Shown in pieces: positions 56,045-64,000 of a DNA stretch of 64,000 nucleotides. Source of the stretch: the human T2T-CHM13v2.0 reference genome, Homo sapiens; the NCBI RefSeq assembly GCF_009914755.1, contig NC_060928.1, one strand, 5' to 3'. The position numbers and the translations under genes were made by a program. The first letter of the stretch is position 1; every line of letters begins with the position of its first letter. Below the pieces are notes generated by a model that did not search any database, was not told the origin of the DNA, and saw only the letters and a list, made by a program, of their open reading frames with translations.

Positions 56045-58100
56045 TTAAAACATTGGAAGTGTAGCCAGAGCAATTAGGCAAGAGAAACAAATAAAAGGCA
56101 TCCAAATAGGAAAAGAAGTCAAACTACTTCTCTTCACTGACAATGTTATTATGTACTTAGAAAACCCTAGAAACTTCACCAAAAGTCTCCTGGATCTGAT
56201 AAATGACATCAGTAAACCTTCAGGATGCAAAATCAATGTATAAAAATCAGTAGCATTTCGATATATCCATAACATTCAAGCTGAGAGCCAAATCGAGAAT
56301 GCCCCATTCACAATAGCCACAAAAAGAATAAAATACCTAGGAATACATTGAACCAAGGAGGTGAAAGATATATACAAGAATAACTACAAAACACTATTGA
56401 AAGAAATCGTAGGTGACACAAACAAATGGAAAAACATTCCATACTTATGGATCAGAGGAATCAACATCATTAAAATGCCATACTACGCAAACCAATGTAC
56501 AGATTCAATACTATTTCTATTAAACTACTGATATCATTTTCACAGAATCAGACAAAACTTTTCCAAAATTCATATGGAAACAAAATGCGCCCAAATAGCT
56601 GAAGTAATCTTAAGCCAAAAGGAACAAAGTGAGTGGCATTACATTACCCAACTTCAAAATACAGTATAAGGTTCCAGTAAGTGAAATAGCACGGTACTGG
56701 TAGAAAAACAGACACATAAACGAATGGAACATAATAGAGAATCCAGAATAAAACTGCACACCTACAACCTTTTGATCTTTTACAAAGCCAACAAAAATAA
56801 GCAATAGGGGAAAAACTTCCCATTCAATAAATGGTGCTGGGATAGCTGGCTAGCTATATGCAGAAGAATGAAACTAAACCCCTACATTTTACTATGTACA
56901 AAAATTAATTCAAGATGAACTAAAGACTTAAATTTCATGTCTCAAACTATAAAAATCCTAGAAGAAAACATTAGGAAACACCATTCTAGACATTGACTTT
57001 GAAAAAAAGAATGTATGACTAAGTCTTTACAAGCAATTGTAACAAAAACAAAAATGAAAAGCGGGATCTAAGTAAACTAAAGAGCTTCTGCACAGCAAGA
57101 AAAACTATTAGCAAAGTAAACAGACAACCTGCAGAATGAAAAAAAATTGCAAACTATGCATCTGACAAAGATCTAATATCCAGACTCCCTAAGGAACTTA
57201 AACAATTAAACAAGCAAAAAAAAAATATATAGCCCCATTAAAAAGCAGGCAAAATACATGAACAAACACTTCTCAAAAGAAAAGATACAGTCAACAAACA
57301 TGAAAAAAATGCTCTACATCACCAATCGGAGAGATGCAAATCAAAACCACAATGAGATACGATCTCACAATAGTCACTATGGTCATTATTTAAAAGTCAG
57401 AAAACAACAGATGATGGTGAGGCTGTGGAGAAAAGGAAATGCTTATACACTGTTGGTTGGAATGTAATTAGTTCATCACTATGGAAAGCAGTTTGGAGAT
57501 TTCTCAAATAACTGAAAACAGAACTATTACTCAACCCAGTGATTCTATTACTGGGTATATCCAAAAGAAAATAAGTTGTTCTGACAAAAAGATATATGTG
57601 TTCATATGATCAGTGCAGTACTAATCAATATCAATGGTGTAGTATTAAATAGCAAAGGCATGAATCAACCTAGGTTTCCACCAATGGTGGACTGGATAAA
57701 GAAGATGTGGTACAAGTACCGCATGGAATACTACACAACCATAAAAAAAGAACAAAATCATGTCCTTTGCAGCAACATGGATGTGACTGGAAGCTATTAT
57801 CCTAAGTGAACTGATGCAGGAACAGAAAACCAAATACAACATATTCTCACTTATAAGTGGGAGCTAAACTTTGTGTACCCATGAACATAAAGATGGCAAC
57901 AATAGACTCTAGGCACTACTAGAGGGAAGAAGGAGGAAGGAAGTTGAGTCAGGGATGAAAAGCTAACTGTTGGGTACTATGTTCACTACCTGAGTGATGG
58001 GATCATGGTATCCCAAATCTCACCATCACGTAATATATCCGTGTACCAACAAACCTGTACATGTAACCCCTGAATCTAAGAGACAATTTGAAATTATTTT
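56045..58100 (+). mobile_element. Old L1PA/L1PB, 3-prime 2 kb (decayed ORF2 plus 3-prime UTR)
   Basis: gccagagcaattaggcaagagaaa...aataaatggtgctggga...ttctcacttataagtgggagctaaac...cccctgaatctaa. Confidence 0.93.
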
Positions 58101-58715
58101 TTAAAAATGTCTTCTCAGTATGAAAGTTGTTATTATGTTAAAACATTGATACAATTAAAATAAATTTAAACTAGGAGCTCTAAAATTTGGCAACGTCTCT
58201 TGAATAATATCAAACAGAAACAGGAAATAGGTCCTACTTGAGAATCTAGGGTTAACTGGCTAACTAGAATGTAAGTTTAAATGATTGAAAACAATAAGGC
58301 TAATTGTAACATTAGAATATTACATAAGAAAAGGACAGGAATACTATTGAAAAATCATTAAATCTCTCAATACAATGTATTTTTAATTTATGCTCACCAA
58401 ATATTGGCAGAAATTCAAAGATAATATAATATTTATAAATGAAACATAAAATAAATTTGGTTACATATTCATTCATCTACAATATGTAATAAATCAGAAT
58501 TTCCTGCCATGAACTGTACTGAACATGGAATATACAAATATAATTAAGACATTTTTCTTACCATTGTGTCATTAAATAACTTAGTTGTGTGGCAATCACT
58601 TATACATTACCCGTCACATATTTAGAAACACTCTAATTGCTTAATGGTGTTTAATATTAACATACACATTTTTAAAAAGTCATTCAAGACAATTTTAATA
58701 GCATTCATGTGTGTG

Positions 58716-58717
<2 letters not shown>

Positions 58718-58747
<30 letters not shown>
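58718..58747. repeat. (CA)n microsatellite
   Basis: Directly visible. Confidence 0.95.
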
Positions 58748-58751
<4 letters not shown>

Positions 58752-60629
58752 TTAACCAAATTGTGGACCATCAGTAACAGGTATATGTATATGTTGTAAT
58801 GTGTATATATGTAATATAAATGGTAGTGTGTGTACATATAAATAAAATCATAAATAAAATAAAGCTGTGTAAAGTATTAGAAATTGATTAGGATTATCAA
58901 TTTCACATTTTTATATTGTTACATCTATATATTTTATAGAAGTGTTTTATCACATAGTATCAATGATTAATTATAATACTAATTTCCTTCCCATAATTCA
59001 GAGAAAGAGATTATTACCTCATTTAGTATTCCAAAAATGGCAAAATACTTTTAAATTTGGTAAAAATTTATTATGTACCAGATGTCACTCCCTGTTTTAT
59101 TTTTAAAATAACAACTTCTATACTCCATTACCAGCAAAGTTAGAAAATTTTAAAATATATTGAAAAATATATATATATATATAGATAGAACAAATTCACC
59201 AAATAATCTAGGACAGAAAGTTTGTCATGCTCAAGTGAAGTACATTGATTTGATTGTTATACATTTCTAAACTATTCACTGACAAATAATGTAGCCTCCT
59301 AAGATAAAATAGTTAAGCTGAACTAATTTCAGTTTTACAAGTCTAAATGCCAAGGGTATGGAAAAATATTTATGGAAAGACATTCTGTAGTGATGTGATG
59401 GTGTATGTCTCCATCTCGACAATGCGGATGTGCTTGACATATAGTAGCTAAACATGAAGCTCATTTTGGCCTAGAATGAACTGACACATGGCTTTTTGAC
59501 TGCAGACTATCGTAAATCACAATATTACTTTTTGTTTATCTAATTGAACCTCCACTGAAATAAAAGCCACATGATTTCAGCCATTCTTCAAAGGTTTCTA
59601 GGAACAATTTGTATAATATAAATACTTATCATAAATAATATAATTCAGGTATCTTTCAAAGCAGAGTTGATTTCCCCTTGATCATTGATTCCTCTATAGC
59701 ACTAAGTTCTTTTAGATAAATTTACGTTTTTATTTTACTTAAGATGCTAAGCAGTTCTTCTATCCCAAACAAATAAATGTGAATTAGTTAAGAAATAAGA
59801 GTACTTCAATAATAGTGTGTATAAGGGTATATATAAAAATGTAAGCTTGTCTATGTGCAAAACATTTTAAGTATTTGGTTACATATTTCCCACTTCATCA
59901 CAAATTTTAATTAGATAAAGATTTGAGAATTGGAAAGAAGTATTTCTGCTGTCAAAATGAACAGACTTGGAAAGAACACACTAAAAGACTAGGAAAAGTT
60001 AGAATAAGCTACGTTTGAATTAAGCATTATGCCTTCTCTACTCTTAAACTTTTATTTCTTCTACTTCATAGAAAAAAGATATCTATCTGAATGAGAGTTC
60101 ATCTTGACACAAACATACTATTAATGCTTGTTTTATTGTGTCATTTTGGTCTTATGAACAAATGGCACTTTTGAACAGATTTAACAACTTAAATTCTTCA
60201 TAAAAACAAGAAGCATCCACTGTCAAATGAGTTTAATAAATCCAGTTTCTTGTGAATTTGTACTTTAGAAAAGCAGAAAATTGAATTAAATTAAATTAAA
60301 TGACTTTTAAATTTTAAGTGATAAAGCTTCTAGCACCTTATTTTACCATGCCTTCAATTAGAGAAAGCATAAAGCCAAAAATGTCAAGGGATGGTTTCTT
60401 CACAAAATATTGAGAAAATGCACTCTCACGTTAAGTTTTTAGAGCACCTAAATTTAGCTCCGTGCCTTGCAAATTTTTCAACATATTTTCATGGGTTAAT
60501 TGGCAAGCCCGAATTTATACCTCTTTTCCATCTTCTCAAGCAAAACTAGCATTTGTAATTATTTTTTAAGTTTAGGGAAAAGCCAGAAAACTATGTTTTT
60601 GAGAGTGATTTAACCAAGGGAATTTTTTT

Positions 60630-62597
<1,968 letters not shown>

Positions 62598-64000
62598 GGG
62601 AATGTTTTTAAAAAGAGAAATCTGTGGATGAATGGTATCTCACTTGAAACCATGACAAAAATATTAGTATTTGCTTATGATAATACAACATATATTATTT
62701 TCTCTAAATTAATAGATACCCAAATTCCCCACTCATAGTTTTTTCTCAATATAGGCAAGCATAATTTTTGTGTACAAGTTGATTCAATATCATGACCCTT
62801 AGGCTCTTTTACTTTGTTTCATATAAATATGATGAAAAATATGAACTAAATACTCATGAAATAACCTTATTTCAGCTTTTAGTTTTTCCTTAGTACATGG
62901 GCTTTTGTGAGCAATATTTGTGTTAACATGAATGTTTATTGCCTTGATAGGTAGGGTGCACAGTTTAAATATAAGCTGGATGATTTATTCTGTAATTGAA
63001 AGAAAAGCTTAATGGCCTGTGTATTTGATTTGAAGTATACATTATTTTAGACTCAAGTAGTGAGATCTGCTTTGATTAATTCATGTCTATACGGTCATAA
63101 AATAAGTCCAGCTATGAATCATTGAGTGAGTATGTTGTGGTTAACGCAATAAAACTTCCATTTAGGGACAAAAGCAACCAACACATTGTTATAAAAGGAT
63201 ATGCAAGGTCTTGGCCTTGATTGCTAAGATAGAAGTAATGTTTTCAGTCATGAATATCTCTCCTTGTACTATTGGGCATTGTATCACAGTTCATTAACTC
63301 AGAAGAAAATCCTATGTATCTGACAAATTATATTCCCTTTCATAAAATAAAAAAGTACAATTAACTATGTGCTATTTTGGAATAAAGAATAAAACCATTA
63401 CATGTAGTATAAAAAGCATTCACGATTACATTCTTTCCTTTAAAATCAAGCAACAATTACAACAAAAAGAAACTTATTCCCCAGTTAAGTTAGATAATCA
63501 TTGCCCAGGTTGTGTATAATTTAATCAAAACATTGACAATGCAGTTTTTTTTAAAAGCATAGATAGCTAGATATAGATAAAGGTTTTCACACTGTAATTT
63601 GACTTAAAAACAAAAAGAAGTGTTAAAAAAAACTATCCCTGATTGTGAGAAAGTCTTCTTGGAGTAGCATATCTGTATCTATGAATATAAATATAGTACA
63701 GGAAATATAGAGAACACATTGGGCATACAGTTGCTTTAAACTACTTTTCTTCAAACTGTATGCTGAGAATTAAAATGAATCAAGCCATTTTGCAAATGTT
63801 CAGTGCAAATCTATAAAATATTCCTCTTTTGAATTGAAAATCTTTAAATTAGCAAAACCAACTGGCTAATGAAGTGCATTTGGTAAAAGCAGTCATTGAT
63901 TTGCCATTAATTTTCAGTGTGCAAGTGTCCTACTGGGTCTTAAATTAAACAATTTCAGGTGTCAACATTTAGAGACATACTTCTTTACTTACAGAATAGA

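Overview
AT-rich primate (most likely human) genomic DNA lying entirely inside the EPHA5 receptor tyrosine kinase gene, which is transcribed on the minus strand. Only two coding exons are present: a 156-bp exon (50270-50425, EGF-like end of the cysteine-rich region; exon 4 in the conserved EphA layout) and a 336-bp exon (45266-45601, first fibronectin type III repeat; exon 5). Both have canonical AG/GT borders and phase-1 ends. The rest is intron, densely filled with Alu, L1, L2 and MIR copies, MaLR elements (including a two-LTR THE1D), ERV1 solo LTRs, a decayed ERVL-class provirus and microsatellites. Nearly all other ORFs in the track come from these repeats. I see no novel gene system. The most interesting leads concern EPHA5 RNA processing: a candidate cryptic terminal exon behind a long pyrimidine tract in intron 4, intronic read-through/polyadenylation after exon 5 (both would give secreted ectodomain fragments), and an exon 4+5 cassette that would form a stop-free 492-nt circle. 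Repeat subfamily names are from remembered consensus sequences, and boundaries of old repeats are approximate.
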